NCBI GenBank assembly: GCA_963706575.1
Contig: CAVPNL010000006.1
Coordinates: 320,001-384,000 of the forward strand
Length of the DNA stretch: 64,000 nucleotides
Direction: 5' to 3'
From: an uncultured delta proteobacterium
GTDB taxonomy: Bacteria; Desulfobacterota; Desulfobacteria; Desulfobacterales; JAHEIW01
Shown piece by piece: positions 31,036-41,539 of the stretch. Made by a program: the position numbers and the translations under genes. The number at the start of each line of letters is the position of its first letter. Position 1 is the stretch's first letter. A model generated the notes under the pieces. That model was not told the DNA's origin and did not search any database. It saw nothing but the letters and a program-made list of their open reading frames with translations.

Positions 31036-31932
31036 CTACCATACCGATTTCAGCATGCCGGTTGGTTTCAAAGTCAAAACAATCACCACCGCAAGGTATG
31101 GAAAGACAATGGCAAATTGCGGCCAGAATAACACACCAAAGGCTTGGGTGATGCCGAATATCAGGGAACCGACCAGGGCGCCCCACATGTTTCCCAGTCC
31201 ACCGATGGTGACGATCAGAAAGGCTTCAATGATGATGTCGTGGTCCATTCCCAGAGTAACACTGGTTATCGGTGAAACCAGGGCACCTCCCAGTCCGGCC
31301 AGCAAACAGCCTAAAACAAATGCGAAGGCAAACACCCAGCTGACATTGATGCCGATGGCACCGACCATTTCCATGTCAACGGCTGCAGCCCGGGCGATTT
31401 TGCCTATTTTGGTCTTACTTGAAAACAACCAGAGGCCGATGGCGACCAGCGGGCCGATGATCAACAGAAACAAATTGTATTTCGGAAAAGGCGATCCAAA
31501 AACAGACACAGATCCCTGGAGCATGGTTGGCGGCATAATCGATCTGTAATCTGCACCCCAGACCATTTTGGTTAAATCCCCCAGGATCAGCATCAGGGCA
31601 AATGTGAACAGCAGCAGCATGAGGTGTTCGCGCTGGTAAAGATGGCAGAACAACGACCGTTCGGCGACCAGGCTGATGAGAGCAACGACGAGTGGCGCAA
31701 AAATCAGGGCCAGCCAGAAGCCGACTGAACCCCCTCCGAACAGCATAGAGATACTGTAGGCCGCAAAAGCGCCGATCATATAAAGGGAGCCATGCGCCAC
31801 ATTGGGAACCCGCAGCACACCGAGCACAAAACTGAGCCCGGAGGTGACAATAAATAAAATCATGGCGCGACTCAGACCGACCAGAAATGTGATGCTCAAA
31901 GCCGATAGAGTTATTGCCTGTCCGCCTTCCAT
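31036..31932 (-). CDS. livH: Branched-chain amino acid-type ABC permease
   Basis: NVAHGSLYMIGA, TKIGKIARA, IGGLGN..GA, KPTG. Confidence 0.9.
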   Translation of the reverse strand: MEGGQAITLSALSITFLVGLSRAMILFIVTSGLSFVLGVLRVPNVAHGSLYMIGAFAAYSISMLFGGGSVGFWLALIFAPLVVALISLVAERSLFCHLYQREHLMLLLFTFALMLILGDLTKMVWGADYRSIMPPTMLQGSVSVFGSPFPKYNLFLLIIGPLVAIGLWLFSSKTKIGKIARAAAVDMEMVGAIGINVSWVFAFAFVLGCLLAGLGGALVSPITSVTLGMDHDIIIEAFLIVTIGGLGNMWGALVGSLIFGITQAFGVLFWPQFAIVFPYLAVVIVLTLKPTGMLKSVW

Positions 31933-32008
31933 GGTGAAGCTTCCTTAAATCAATTTAAATTAGAAGTATTCATTTAGCTGAATTGAAAATCAATGAAGGA
32001 TCCAGACG

Positions 32009-32113
32009 GGAATGTTGGAATGCTGGAATAATGGAATATTACATGAAAAGTGACCAAATCCTTTTTGGGGATGTTCTTTTCTTATCCCATCATTCCAAAA
32101 TTCCATTATTCCA
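32009..32113. repeat. Inverted tandem-repeat element, GGAATRNT (8-bp) unit
   Basis: GGAATGTT GGAATGCT GGAATAAT GGAATATT ... CCATCATTCCAAAATTCCATTATTCCA, between the SBP gene and livH. Confidence 0.85.
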
Positions 32114-32265
32114 AACCAAGACAGCTTGCCCGTCGGTGCCGGGCCGGGCAACAGCTTGCTCAGCGGGCAGGTGCAAAACCCCGCTGAGCAGGAACAGCCC
32201 GTTATACGGCGACAGGGCCCGCAGCGCTGCAGGTCCAGCGGACAGGCGGGCAGACCGAATCAATT

Positions 32266-33483
32266 TTATTGACCGCGGGCCTCCATAATTTCCTTGCAGG
32301 AAGGCATGACCTCCGCTCCCCGCAAGGTAACGATATCTGTGGCAATGGCAAAACCCATCTCGGGCGATATCTTGGTTACACCAAAATTCATTGGCAGAAT
32401 GGCCTGGTGATCGCAGGCGCGCATTTCGATCCTGCCCACCGGGCTTTGAATCTGTAAGCCTTCGAGGGCATCAATAAATTTTTCCGTATTCAGGGAACCG
32501 GCTTTTTTGTAAGCCTCGGCAATGAATAGGGCCGTGATATAGGCCTGAAAGGCAGGAAACCCGGGCGGATGCCCGTAAGCCTTTTTAAAGGCATTGACAA
32601 AACGTTTGTTGGCCGAAAGCTCCGGATAATAAAAATTATAATCGATGGTTCCCATAACCCCTTCGGGTGCATGAATGCCCAATGGGTTTAAGACCGCATG
32701 ATCGGTGGCGCTGTGAATATAGATGGCGACTTTGTCAGTCATTCCGGTGGCCTTGATGGCTTTCATAATATTGGTCATGCTGCGGCCGCCGGTGGCAAAG
32801 ATCACCGCATCCGGTTTGGCGGCCAAAATGGATGTAATGTAGGGACTCAGATCGGGCTCGCCCGGTTTCCACCAGGATTTACCGATCAGCTGCACCTCGG
32901 GTTTGTTTTCCTTGAGGTTTCTCCAGGCCGCATCCGCAATCGCATGGCCGTATTCATAATCATCTCCGGCAATCCAATATTTGACGTAGGGTTTGGTGGA
33001 AAGCGCCACCCCGCCGGATTTACCGGCCATGGCCGTATTTTCGCCGGCAGAGAACACGTAGCGGTGACCTTTTTTGCCGGTGATATTTTCACTTTTTGAG
33101 ATCCAGGCAATAAACGGTACCTTTTCTCTCTTGGCTACCGCTTCGGAAACGGCCAGTGCTGCTCCGCTGTTAATCGTGCCGACCAGAATATCGACATCTT
33201 CCCGTAATACCAGTTCTTTGGCGAAATTCAGCGCCAGATCCACCTTAAACTTCGTATCGCGGGTGGTAAACTCAATCTTTTTGCCCAAAACCCCCTTTGC
33301 ATTTATTTCTTCCAGGGCCAGCTTAAAACCATTGAGGGCATCCTTTCCAAAAACTGCCGCAGGACCGCTATAGCAATCAATTACCCCCACTTTGATGTTC
33401 TTTGCCGCGGCATGTACCGGCATCAGAATAAGGGAGATGGTAAACAGGCCCACCAGCATTGCGATAAAGGCATTTTTTTTCAT
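32266..33483 (-). CDS. Branched-chain amino acid-type ABC substrate-binding protein (LivK-like)
   Basis: Signal peptide; SGPAA..G, EEINAKG, RDT, DDYEYGH, RACDHQ; ATG at 33483 follows GGAGG. Confidence 0.88.
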   Translation of the reverse strand: MKKNAFIAMLVGLFTISLILMPVHAAAKNIKVGVIDCYSGPAAVFGKDALNGFKLALEEINAKGVLGKKIEFTTRDTKFKVDLALNFAKELVLREDVDILVGTINSGAALAVSEAVAKREKVPFIAWISKSENITGKKGHRYVFSAGENTAMAGKSGGVALSTKPYVKYWIAGDDYEYGHAIADAAWRNLKENKPEVQLIGKSWWKPGEPDLSPYITSILAAKPDAVIFATGGRSMTNIMKAIKATGMTDKVAIYIHSATDHAVLNPLGIHAPEGVMGTIDYNFYYPELSANKRFVNAFKKAYGHPPGFPAFQAYITALFIAEAYKKAGSLNTEKFIDALEGLQIQSPVGRIEMRACDHQAILPMNFGVTKISPEMGFAIATDIVTLRGAEVMPSCKEIMEARGQ

Positions 33484-33803
33484 TTTGACCCTCCTTCCAC
33501 TTATGGGTTGAGCGTTAACAGATATATCGGTTTCGTATATTGCTGAAATATTTATCCCTTTCAAGGTTGGACTGAATATGATTCATTTTCTATTCTGATA
33601 TTCTTTCCTATATAGGATACGGATTGAAGTCAAGACTTATTCATTTGGGCGAATACTTCTGAATCTGTCTCTCTTTCTGCAGGAGGGTTATCATAAAATT
33701 TAGTTCTTTTCCTATCTTGACCTAAATAAGCGCATCATGTATTAAAAAAGATTGCATTGATCGATATCTAAAATTCGGCAGTTGCCGAGAGGAATGATGC
33801 AAA

Positions 33804-34889
33804 ATGGAGTATCAGCTTGAGCTTATCAATGTCTCCAAACTATTCGGAGATGTAAGAGCGGTTGATAACGTCTCTTTGCGAATCCAGCACGGAGAGTTTC
33901 TCACACTCCTGGGTCCGAGCGGATCCGGCAAGACCACCACCTTGAATATGATCGCCGGTTTTGAGATTCCTTCCAGGGGCGATATCCTGCTGGAGGATGA
34001 TGATATCACCACGGTTGCGCCGAATAATCGCGGCATCGGCATGGTCTTTCAAAACTATGCGCTCTTCCCCCACATGACCGTATCTGACAATATTGCCTTT
34101 CCGTTAAAGATGCGCAAAATCCCCGGCAACAAAATTCGTCAATCGATTAAGGAAGCACTGGAACTGGTCAAACTTCCCGGATTTGAAGAACGCTATCCTC
34201 ACCAGCTAAGTGGCGGACAGCAGCAGCGGATTGCGTTGGCCCGTGCGCTTGTCTTTGAACCGAAAATTCTGCTGATGGATGAGCCGCTGGGTGCGCTGGA
34301 CAAGAAACTTCGCGACCATATGCGGCTGGAGATTAAACATCTGCATGAGTCGCTAAATATCACCGTGATCTATGTTACCCACGATCAGGAAGAAGCCCTG
34401 ACCATGTCGGATCGTATCGCCATTATGAACGAAGGTAAAATCATTCAGCTGGACATACCGGTGGAGTTGTACGAGTCCCCGGCAAGTCTTTTCGTTGCCG
34501 ACTTCATTGGTGAATCTAATTTTTTAAAGGGATGTGTGACTGAAACCGCCGATGATAAAACTGCCGTTGAGACCGCCGATGGTCTAAAAGTTTGGGTCAA
34601 GAAATTCAACCAGGCGAATCCCGGCGAAGAAGTTTCGGTCGCCATCCGACCGGAAAAAATTCAAATACTTGCTGGAAATGCGGATGATTCGAGTGATATC
34701 ATTAACCGTTTTACGGGTAGAATTGAAGAGATTATTTACGTCGGTGAAGCCAGAATTTATCGGATCAGTCTGGCTGCGGAGACAATTGTCGATGTAAAAG
34801 TGCAAAGCGGACCCAGTGCACAAAACTTCAAGATCGGAGGTGATATTAACCTTGGTTGGCGAACTCGCCACGGCCTTGCTTTGAAGTAA
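33804..34889 (+). CDS. Polyamine-type ABC transporter ATPase (PotA-like)
   Basis: GPSGSGKTT, VFQNYALFPH, LSGGQQQR, MDEPLGALD, VTHDQEEA, TOBE tail. Confidence 0.92.
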   Translation: MEYQLELINVSKLFGDVRAVDNVSLRIQHGEFLTLLGPSGSGKTTTLNMIAGFEIPSRGDILLEDDDITTVAPNNRGIGMVFQNYALFPHMTVSDNIAFPLKMRKIPGNKIRQSIKEALELVKLPGFEERYPHQLSGGQQQRIALARALVFEPKILLMDEPLGALDKKLRDHMRLEIKHLHESLNITVIYVTHDQEEALTMSDRIAIMNEGKIIQLDIPVELYESPASLFVADFIGESNFLKGCVTETADDKTAVETADGLKVWVKKFNQANPGEEVSVAIRPEKIQILAGNADDSSDIINRFTGRIEEIIYVGEARIYRISLAAETIVDVKVQSGPSAQNFKIGGDINLGWRTRHGLALK

Positions 34890-34930
34890 GGCAAATCCTG
34901 CCATAAATCAAACAGACAAGGAGGTGTGGA

Positions 34931-36028
34931 ATGAAAAAGAAAAAGGAAACTCAAAACCACAAAGGCATGACCCGCCGTGAATTTATTGTTACCACCGGCG
35001 CGGCGACGGGCGCAGCTTTGGTAACGGCGTCCGTGGGACCATTTGTGCACACCACCATGGCCAAGGGCGGTACCCTGAAAGTCTGCTCCTACGGCGGTTC
35101 CTATCAAGAATCACAACGGAAAGCGCTCATCCAGCCTTTTGCCGACAAATTCGGCGTGAAAATCATTGAAGAATCCGGTCCGGACATTGCCAAAGTTAAA
35201 GCGCAGGTAGACAATAAATCCTATGAATGGGATGTGGTGGATCTGGAAACCCGTCATATTGCCCGCGGCGAACTGGAAAACTTGCTAGAGCCCATTGATA
35301 CCAATGTCGTTAACCTCGACGGAATCGACAAAAAGGCCATCCGCAAGGCCGCCATCGGCAATATTTTCTGGACCACTTCTTTGGCATACAACAAGAAAGC
35401 ACTCGGTGGTAAGAAACCCTGCGCCAGCTGGGCTGATTTCTGGGATGTGAAGAATTTCCCCGGACCCAGAGCACTTCAAGATCAGGCAGCGTTTAATCTG
35501 GAGTTTGCCCTGCTGGCCGATGGCGTGCCCAAGAACAAGATCTATCCGATTGATGTCCCCAGAGCCTTCAAAAAAATGGATGAGATCAGAGATCACATCG
35601 CCGTCTGGTGGAAGAGCGGCGCCGAGCAAATCCAACTGCTGACCAGTGCCGAAGCGCATTACGCATCCGCCTGGAACGGCCGCGTCAACGTTGCCCAGGG
35701 TAAGGGGGTGCCTTTAGAGATTGTATGGGAGGGGGGCATCCTCGATCTGGATTGGTGGGCCATCCCCAGGGGGAACCCGAATAAAGATCTTGCCATGAAG
35801 TTCATCGATTTTGCCATAAAAGCAGAGCGACAGGGTGAGCAGATGCAGAAATACATTGCCTATGGTCCGACCAACCTCGGTGCTTTCAAATACATCACCG
35901 CTGAGCGGGCCAAGGACTTGCCGTCTTATCCGGAAAACCTCAAAAAACAGTTTGTGCAGGATGCAGACTACTGGGGTCCGAATCTGGCGCCGTTGACGGA
36001 GCAGTGGAAGACCTGGATCATTTCTTAG
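34931..36028 (+). CDS. Polyamine-type ABC substrate-binding protein (PotD-like), Tat signal
   Basis: TRREFI Tat motif; YGGSY, WDVVD, SWADFWD...FPGPR, ALLADGV, WNGR. Confidence 0.88.
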   Translation: MKKKKETQNHKGMTRREFIVTTGAATGAALVTASVGPFVHTTMAKGGTLKVCSYGGSYQESQRKALIQPFADKFGVKIIEESGPDIAKVKAQVDNKSYEWDVVDLETRHIARGELENLLEPIDTNVVNLDGIDKKAIRKAAIGNIFWTTSLAYNKKALGGKKPCASWADFWDVKNFPGPRALQDQAAFNLEFALLADGVPKNKIYPIDVPRAFKKMDEIRDHIAVWWKSGAEQIQLLTSAEAHYASAWNGRVNVAQGKGVPLEIVWEGGILDLDWWAIPRGNPNKDLAMKFIDFAIKAERQGEQMQKYIAYGPTNLGAFKYITAERAKDLPSYPENLKKQFVQDADYWGPNLAPLTEQWKTWIIS

Positions 36029-36190
36029 AATCGGATTGGTTTTAATGCCGCATTGAACGGTTCAATCCAGCCGGGGGAGGCATCCTGCTTCCCCCGGCCA
36101 AACCCTGATCGAAATTTTGCATGAAAATGGAAGCCTCCGACTTGTCCGCCTCTGGAGGACTCGTGCAAAATTTAGATATGGTATCATAAA

Positions 36191-37081
36191 TTGGAAGCAG
36201 CCACCCATATCAAGCCGGATAAAGAAGCTTCTGCCAGCCTCTGGCAGCAGCGGGGTTTCAGGCAATTTATGCTGGTGGTTCCGGCCTTGCTGGCGCTTTT
36301 TATGCTTTTTGTCTACCCAATTTCAAGTGTCCTGCTGCGAAGTCTTTTTAGCCCGGATTTTACGCTGGAGCACTATCTCTATTTTTTTAAAACGCCCCTG
36401 TATTCGCGAGTTTTGTGGATTACATTTCAAATTAGCATTTTATCCACCTTATCCGCTCTGATCGTTGGGTATCCCATTGCCTATGTGCTGCGTCGCGCCA
36501 GACCCGGCATTCGCAATTTTTTCTTACTGGCGATAACCCTCTCCTTTATGATCAGCCTTTTGGTGCGCAATTATTCCTGGATAATCGTCTTGCAGCGCAG
36601 CGGTGTGATCAACACGGTGTTCACCTACTTCGGGCTGATCGACACGCCTGTTAAGCTTCTGCATAACAAATTGGGCGTGATGGTCGGTATGACGCATATA
36701 TTCGTGCCCTACATTGTATTTCCAATTTACAGTGTCATGATGGGAATTGATTTAAACCTCGAGAAGGCTGCCCGCAACCTAGGCGCGACGCGATGGCAGA
36801 CATTCTGGCGGGTGTCATTTCCCCTCAGCCTGCCCGGCATCGGTGCCGGTGCCCTGCTGGTCTTTATTATGGCGCTGGGCTTTTTCATTACGCCGGCGCT
36901 ATTGGGTGGGCGCAAAGAGCAGATGCTTTCCAACTTAATTCAGATTCAGATTGTTGACCTGCTGAACTGGCCGTTTGCTTCGGCCATGTCGGTCATCCTG
37001 TTGATCGCAACGCTGATTGTTTTTTCGATTTACAACCGATATTTAGGAGTGGAACGCCTGTGGGGAGGGGTAAAAACATGA
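36191..37081 (+). CDS. Polyamine-type ABC permease (PotB-like)
   Basis: GYPIAY, LVRNYSW, LEKAARNLGA, GFFITPALLGG, NWPFASA. Confidence 0.9.
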   Translation: MEAATHIKPDKEASASLWQQRGFRQFMLVVPALLALFMLFVYPISSVLLRSLFSPDFTLEHYLYFFKTPLYSRVLWITFQISILSTLSALIVGYPIAYVLRRARPGIRNFFLLAITLSFMISLLVRNYSWIIVLQRSGVINTVFTYFGLIDTPVKLLHNKLGVMVGMTHIFVPYIVFPIYSVMMGIDLNLEKAARNLGATRWQTFWRVSFPLSLPGIGAGALLVFIMALGFFITPALLGGRKEQMLSNLIQIQIVDLLNWPFASAMSVILLIATLIVFSIYNRYLGVERLWGGVKT

Positions 37082-37911
37082 GCAAACGGTCGCGTAAAAG
37101 GGCGGCACGCTTCGACCCGCTGCACATTGGCTGGCCGCTTTGGATTGTTTCGGGATCGGCGATTTTGTTTCTCATCGCTCCGGTATTGTTGCTGATACCC
37201 ATGTCCCTGGGCTCGGCTGAAATTATCGAATTTCCGCCCAGCAAAATCGGTTTTGATCAATATCACAAATTTTTCAACCATCCGGCCTGGCAAAGCGCCG
37301 TTTTGAATTCTTTGCAGGTATCGGCCATGACAGCCGTGTTTTCTACTTTTCTCGGGGTCCTGGCCTCACTGGGGCTGGTCTGGGGCCGCTTCAAGGGCAA
37401 AGGCCTCATCAACGCTTTTATCATTTCGCCGATGATTGTCCCCCTGATTGTCATGGCATTGGCTTTTTACATTAGCCTGGCCAAATTCGGGCTGCTGGGG
37501 ACCAAGCTGGGACTCGTGCTGGCATACACACCATTAACCTTGCCCTTTACGGTTTTGCCTATCTCTGCCACGCTGCGCGGATTTGATCGCAGTCTCGAAC
37601 ATGCTGCCCGCATATTAGGCGCCAATCGATTCCAGACGTTTACGAAAGTCACCTTTCCGATCATCAGGCCCGGGGTTTTGACCGGGGCCATCTTTGCTTT
37701 TATGATTGCCTTTGATGAAGTCGTTATTGCCCTGTTTATTTGCGGTTCAACTGCGGTAACCCTTCCCAAAAAGATGTGGGATGTCATCCGCTATGAGATC
37801 GAACCCATGCTGCCGGCCATATCCACGCTGCTTTTTCTTCTGGCAACCCTGATTCTGGTGCTTGTTGGTTTTCTACAGCAGCGCCTTGCCCGACGCATGA
37901 CCGCTGGCTGA
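37078..37911 (+). CDS. Polyamine-type ABC permease (PotC-like)
   Basis: SPMIVP, LEHAARILGA, AFDEV, TLPKKMW; ATGA overlap. Confidence 0.9.
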   Translation: MSKRSRKRAARFDPLHIGWPLWIVSGSAILFLIAPVLLLIPMSLGSAEIIEFPPSKIGFDQYHKFFNHPAWQSAVLNSLQVSAMTAVFSTFLGVLASLGLVWGRFKGKGLINAFIISPMIVPLIVMALAFYISLAKFGLLGTKLGLVLAYTPLTLPFTVLPISATLRGFDRSLEHAARILGANRFQTFTKVTFPIIRPGVLTGAIFAFMIAFDEVVIALFICGSTAVTLPKKMWDVIRYEIEPMLPAISTLLFLLATLILVLVGFLQQRLARRMTAG

Positions 37912-37985
37912 GCTGCCCCGCTTTTCGACAGTTGTGCTGAATTACCACCCAGGGGAAACCACTTCTAAATAGACTGAGGGAAATC

Positions 37986-38639
37986 ATGTTTCCGAAATTT
38001 TCTATATCGGCCAAATACCAGGAACGGTATCCGGGTGTCGGCTTTGGGCTGACACTGATAACCGGCTGTCAAAATCATGAGAATCCGCCAGGGTTTGATC
38101 AGCATAAGCGCAAACGGCTGCGCAAGATGAGAAAGCGCGAAACCCTGGCCGAGATTAGCGCACGGATCGGCACCTATGCCGATTTCTTTCAAAGTTTCGG
38201 CTTTGAGTGTCCGCTAACCCAGCATCTGAAGCGAACGATTAACAGCGGTTTTCCGCGTTATGATCTGATCGTGGATGCGCACTTCATGGCTGAAATGTGT
38301 GCCGGGATTCTGGTGGCGGTGACGGATTATGATCGTTTTGACGGCAATCTGACCTTGGATACTACCGTTGAGGGAGAAGTTTGTGCGGGCATGGGTGGTC
38401 GCGAGTTTATTACCAAAGAAGATGAGATTGTGCTGCGGGATGAAAAAGAAATTGTCTGTGTTTTGTGCCAGGGGGCGGACGAAAAGACCCGGGCACACGA
38501 GGATACGAGTAATGTTCTTTTTTATGCCTATGCGGTTCCCGGCATTGACAGCCAATACTTAAAAGACGGGCTGACGGTTGCAGCCGAAACCATGGCTGAA
38601 TTCGGCGGGGGCAAGGTTGAAGGAATAGAGGTTTATTAA
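37986..38639 (+). CDS. B3/B4 domain protein (PheT editing-domain-like)
   Basis: Y..FF..FG, FPR...IVD, DYDR..G.L, EIVLRDE, YAVPG resemble standalone B3/4 proteins. Confidence 0.7.
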   Translation: MFPKFSISAKYQERYPGVGFGLTLITGCQNHENPPGFDQHKRKRLRKMRKRETLAEISARIGTYADFFQSFGFECPLTQHLKRTINSGFPRYDLIVDAHFMAEMCAGILVAVTDYDRFDGNLTLDTTVEGEVCAGMGGREFITKEDEIVLRDEKEIVCVLCQGADEKTRAHEDTSNVLFYAYAVPGIDSQYLKDGLTVAAETMAEFGGGKVEGIEVY

Positions 38640-38688
38640 TCGGTTATGCGCTTAATGGGAATATTTGTTCTTTTCGTTGCATTTTTTC

Positions 38689-38772
38689 ACCACGAAGGAC
38701 ACGAAGCTCACAAAGGGAATTAAAAGTAATAATCTGATTGCTTTACTTTTTGTTCTTCGTGATCTTCGTGGT
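38689..38772. repeat. Inverted tandem-repeat element, CACGAAG-NN (9-bp) unit
   Basis: ACCACGAAGGACACGAAGCTCACAAAG ... GTTCTTCGTGATCTTCGTGGT, between convergent genes. Confidence 0.82.
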
Positions 38773-38838
38773 TGCTGTCAGTTTATTTGTGGCACCTTCT
38801 GCTTGTGGAGTTCTCAGCTGATTTCAACTTGCCGGTTT

Positions 38839-39375
38839 TTAGGATTCGATTCGCTCCTCAAATTTTTCCAATGCTTCCCGCAGCAACTGGCGAATGAACA
38901 CCTCCTTATCTCTGATAACAAGTTTCTGGTAGGCCTCATGTCCCGGATGGGACGATGCCAGCCCCGGCGGGTTGTCTTTGAATCGGTGGCGCATTTGCTC
39001 GTAGGTCTGGACCATTGAGATCATCGTGAAGTTCTGGCAGGGCAGGGATTCAAGCCATTCCAGGCGGCGCATCATTTCAAACCGCATCTGATCGGCCAAA
39101 AACAGGTGGATATCCACCACCCGCATCTGCTGCTCACTGGCCAGATAGTTGAACTTGGTGGCCGGCCCGAAGTCCAGAACCCCCATTATCATTTCATAAT
39201 ACGCCATCGAGCTGTCTTCGCCGGGCTGGGCCAGAAAATAAAGTGTCTTGTCGGTTAGATCCGTCAGGCAGGTGTTTGCATCGTAGGCTTCGCCGAAACG
39301 TTTCTGCCAGGGGCCGAAGGCCCGCTGTTCAACTACTTTGGTGCGATAATGATGAAGGTCAACGACTTTTGTCAT
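38839..39375 (-). CDS. Hypothetical protein
   Basis: 178-aa ORF with natural composition filling the gap; no family recognised. Confidence 0.7.
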   Translation of the reverse strand: MTKVVDLHHYRTKVVEQRAFGPWQKRFGEAYDANTCLTDLTDKTLYFLAQPGEDSSMAYYEMIMGVLDFGPATKFNYLASEQQMRVVDIHLFLADQMRFEMMRRLEWLESLPCQNFTMISMVQTYEQMRHRFKDNPPGLASSHPGHEAYQKLVIRDKEVFIRQLLREALEKFEERIES

Positions 39376-39466
39376 GGTTGAGAAGTATAAAGAAATGCGA
39401 ATTCGGTGTCAATCTAAGTTGATCGGTTGTTGTGTAATGCGAAGCTAATTAACCGAAATTTGAGCT

Positions 39467-41539
39467 TTATTTTTTTTTAATGAGCTGTTCGAAAATATTC
39501 TGGACCCCTTTCTCAAGGGATTTTTGGAGAGCCTGTTCCGCCAGGCCGGCGGTGGCCTTTTGCATGCTGCTTTCGTCAATATCCGGGTTTTTCGAGTTAC
39601 CGCGGATGGGGACATCGATGGTGACGCCTTCAAGAAACCGGTAGGCTTTATCTCCAACCAGTTTGGGGGTAATCGGCAATTTGGCGATATAATCAAGACT
39701 TTTATCAAAACCCACCGAACCGCGCAGCTCGATGGGATAGCCGTCGATTTCAAACCGGATGGGAGAGGTCTCAATCCGTCCGTTGCGGGCCACAAAATCT
39801 ATATCCAGATCCCCAAAATCCATTTCATTTCCGCGAACCCCGATCAAAGCCAGCAGCCCTGAAAGCAGGTTGGTGGAATTTATTCGAACTCCCTTTAAGC
39901 GCAAAGTACCGGCAAATGAGGTTTTATCCCGGTCCTTTTTATCCAGTGCCCAATTGAAATGCTGCATATACAGATCAACGTGTCCTTGAGCCTGGAGCGA
40001 ACCCTGGAAAACCGGATGAATTTTAGACATTAAACCTTCGGCCATGGCGTCGGTGATTTCAACATCTTTTAGGATGGTTGAATCCGGTGGCAGGGTTAGC
40101 ATATAGGGTTCTTTTTTCAGATCGATTTTAGGCTCCAGATTCAACTGGCCGCCGTTGGCGGTTGCTGCCAATTTGGCGACGGCGGATTCATTGGCAACGC
40201 GTAATGGAATTTCGGTGGCGGAGATATCCAGACCGAAGGCGTCAATGGAATCTGCGCGAATGGCCCCGTTAAAGTCTGTCTGTTTGAGTGCATCCGTCCA
40301 GCGAGTTCTGCCGGAGACCATTTTGAGTTTAAAGGGATTGTCGCCTTTGCCCGTTATGGTGATCTGGGGGCCGGCAATTTTCTGAAGGTAAGGGGACAGC
40401 ATCTTCAAATCTAAATTGATGTTGCCGCTGGCATCCAGCTTTTTTTCGTTACCGGTCTGATCCAGATTTCCGGTCGCCGAAAGGGACAAGGGGGTGGAGT
40501 TTAGCTGGATGTTTTCGATCGTAAGCGCCTTTCCGTCCGGGCTGCGTTTTAATTTCGCCTGCAGCTTGACGTGATCCTCGGAAATCGGGGGCAGGGTATC
40601 AGAGGTTAACTTGAAAGGAGAAAGATCGGCATCGACGTTTAAAAACTGGGCATTCGGAGATGAAAAGTCCAAATCGAGATCAAATGTTCCTTTACCTGCA
40701 ATTTGGGTTTTTTCCGGCAATTGGATGAAATCACCGTAGGACTGGATCAGTTTAGCCAGGTCAAGCTGGGCCTTTGCCCTTGCTTTCATGTCTTTTTGGA
40801 GGTCCGACCAATCGTTGATCGTTAATTCAGGTATGGTGATCGTGCCCGCTGAGCCGTCGATGTCAATGGGAGCAAACCGGGCGGATTTCGTTTCGAAATT
40901 GAGCTTTCCTTTGGTTTCCAGAGTCAAACGGTCATCGTGCAGTGTTTTTTGTCCGTCGTGATAACGAAAATTATGGGTAGCGACCCGCGTGCTGTTTAGC
41001 ACCAGAAGCTGTGCGTCCATTGATCCGCTGGATTGAATATGAGCGGTTCCCGCCAGACGGGTGTTATGGGGAAGTTTTTTAAAATTTCGCAGCAGGTCTG
41101 AAATCTGCTGCAAATTAAAGTTGCCGTCGATTGATAAATTGTCGGCCGTGGGCAGACTTCCCGCGGGATTTAACTGAAAACGGGTGGCGCTGAATTTTCC
41201 CCGGGCCATCGATGACTGAATGGTTAACTTTGGCTGTTGAAATTGACTGACGGTTAAACCTTCGCCTTTGTGGACCGTGGCGCTGAAATCGGCTTTGACA
41301 TCCTGCTTCGGAAGAATGGGCGCCCCGTTGCGGTTCAAAGCCAGATTACGAATATCCAAATTTACGGCTGCAGCGCCTATATTGGGCGCGGTTTCATTGA
41401 CCTGAAGCTTGGCAAACAGTTTGCCGGAACCGTCCCATTCGCTGACATCGAGAAATTTTTTTAATTCTCTAAGCGCTGCCGCCATGTCCGCTGAAAGCGT
41501 GACCCGCATGTTGCTGAAATCTCCACTGTCCGTCTCCAT
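39467..41539 (-). CDS. AsmA-like protein, C-terminal fragment (downstream of frameshift)
   Basis: Beta-rich repeats and C-terminal LRGSVGFDKSLDY...VPIRGNSKNP.ID typical of AsmA-like proteins; no convincing independent start. Confidence 0.7.
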   Translation of the reverse strand: METDSGDFSNMRVTLSADMAAALRELKKFLDVSEWDGSGKLFAKLQVNETAPNIGAAAVNLDIRNLALNRNGAPILPKQDVKADFSATVHKGEGLTVSQFQQPKLTIQSSMARGKFSATRFQLNPAGSLPTADNLSIDGNFNLQQISDLLRNFKKLPHNTRLAGTAHIQSSGSMDAQLLVLNSTRVATHNFRYHDGQKTLHDDRLTLETKGKLNFETKSARFAPIDIDGSAGTITIPELTINDWSDLQKDMKARAKAQLDLAKLIQSYGDFIQLPEKTQIAGKGTFDLDLDFSSPNAQFLNVDADLSPFKLTSDTLPPISEDHVKLQAKLKRSPDGKALTIENIQLNSTPLSLSATGNLDQTGNEKKLDASGNINLDLKMLSPYLQKIAGPQITITGKGDNPFKLKMVSGRTRWTDALKQTDFNGAIRADSIDAFGLDISATEIPLRVANESAVAKLAATANGGQLNLEPKIDLKKEPYMLTLPPDSTILKDVEITDAMAEGLMSKIHPVFQGSLQAQGHVDLYMQHFNWALDKKDRDKTSFAGTLRLKGVRINSTNLLSGLLALIGVRGNEMDFGDLDIDFVARNGRIETSPIRFEIDGYPIELRGSVGFDKSLDYIAKLPITPKLVGDKAYRFLEGVTIDVPIRGNSKNPDIDESSMQKATAGLAEQALQKSLEKGVQNIFEQLIKKK

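Noticed and set aside
31983..32288. 101-aa ORF (ECWNAGIME...)
   Set aside because: It is the translation of the GGAAT repeat element and hairpins, antisense to the liv operon.
38665..39018. 117-aa ORF (TTKDTKLTK...)
   Set aside because: It translates the CACGAAG repeat element and overlaps a better ORF on the opposite strand.
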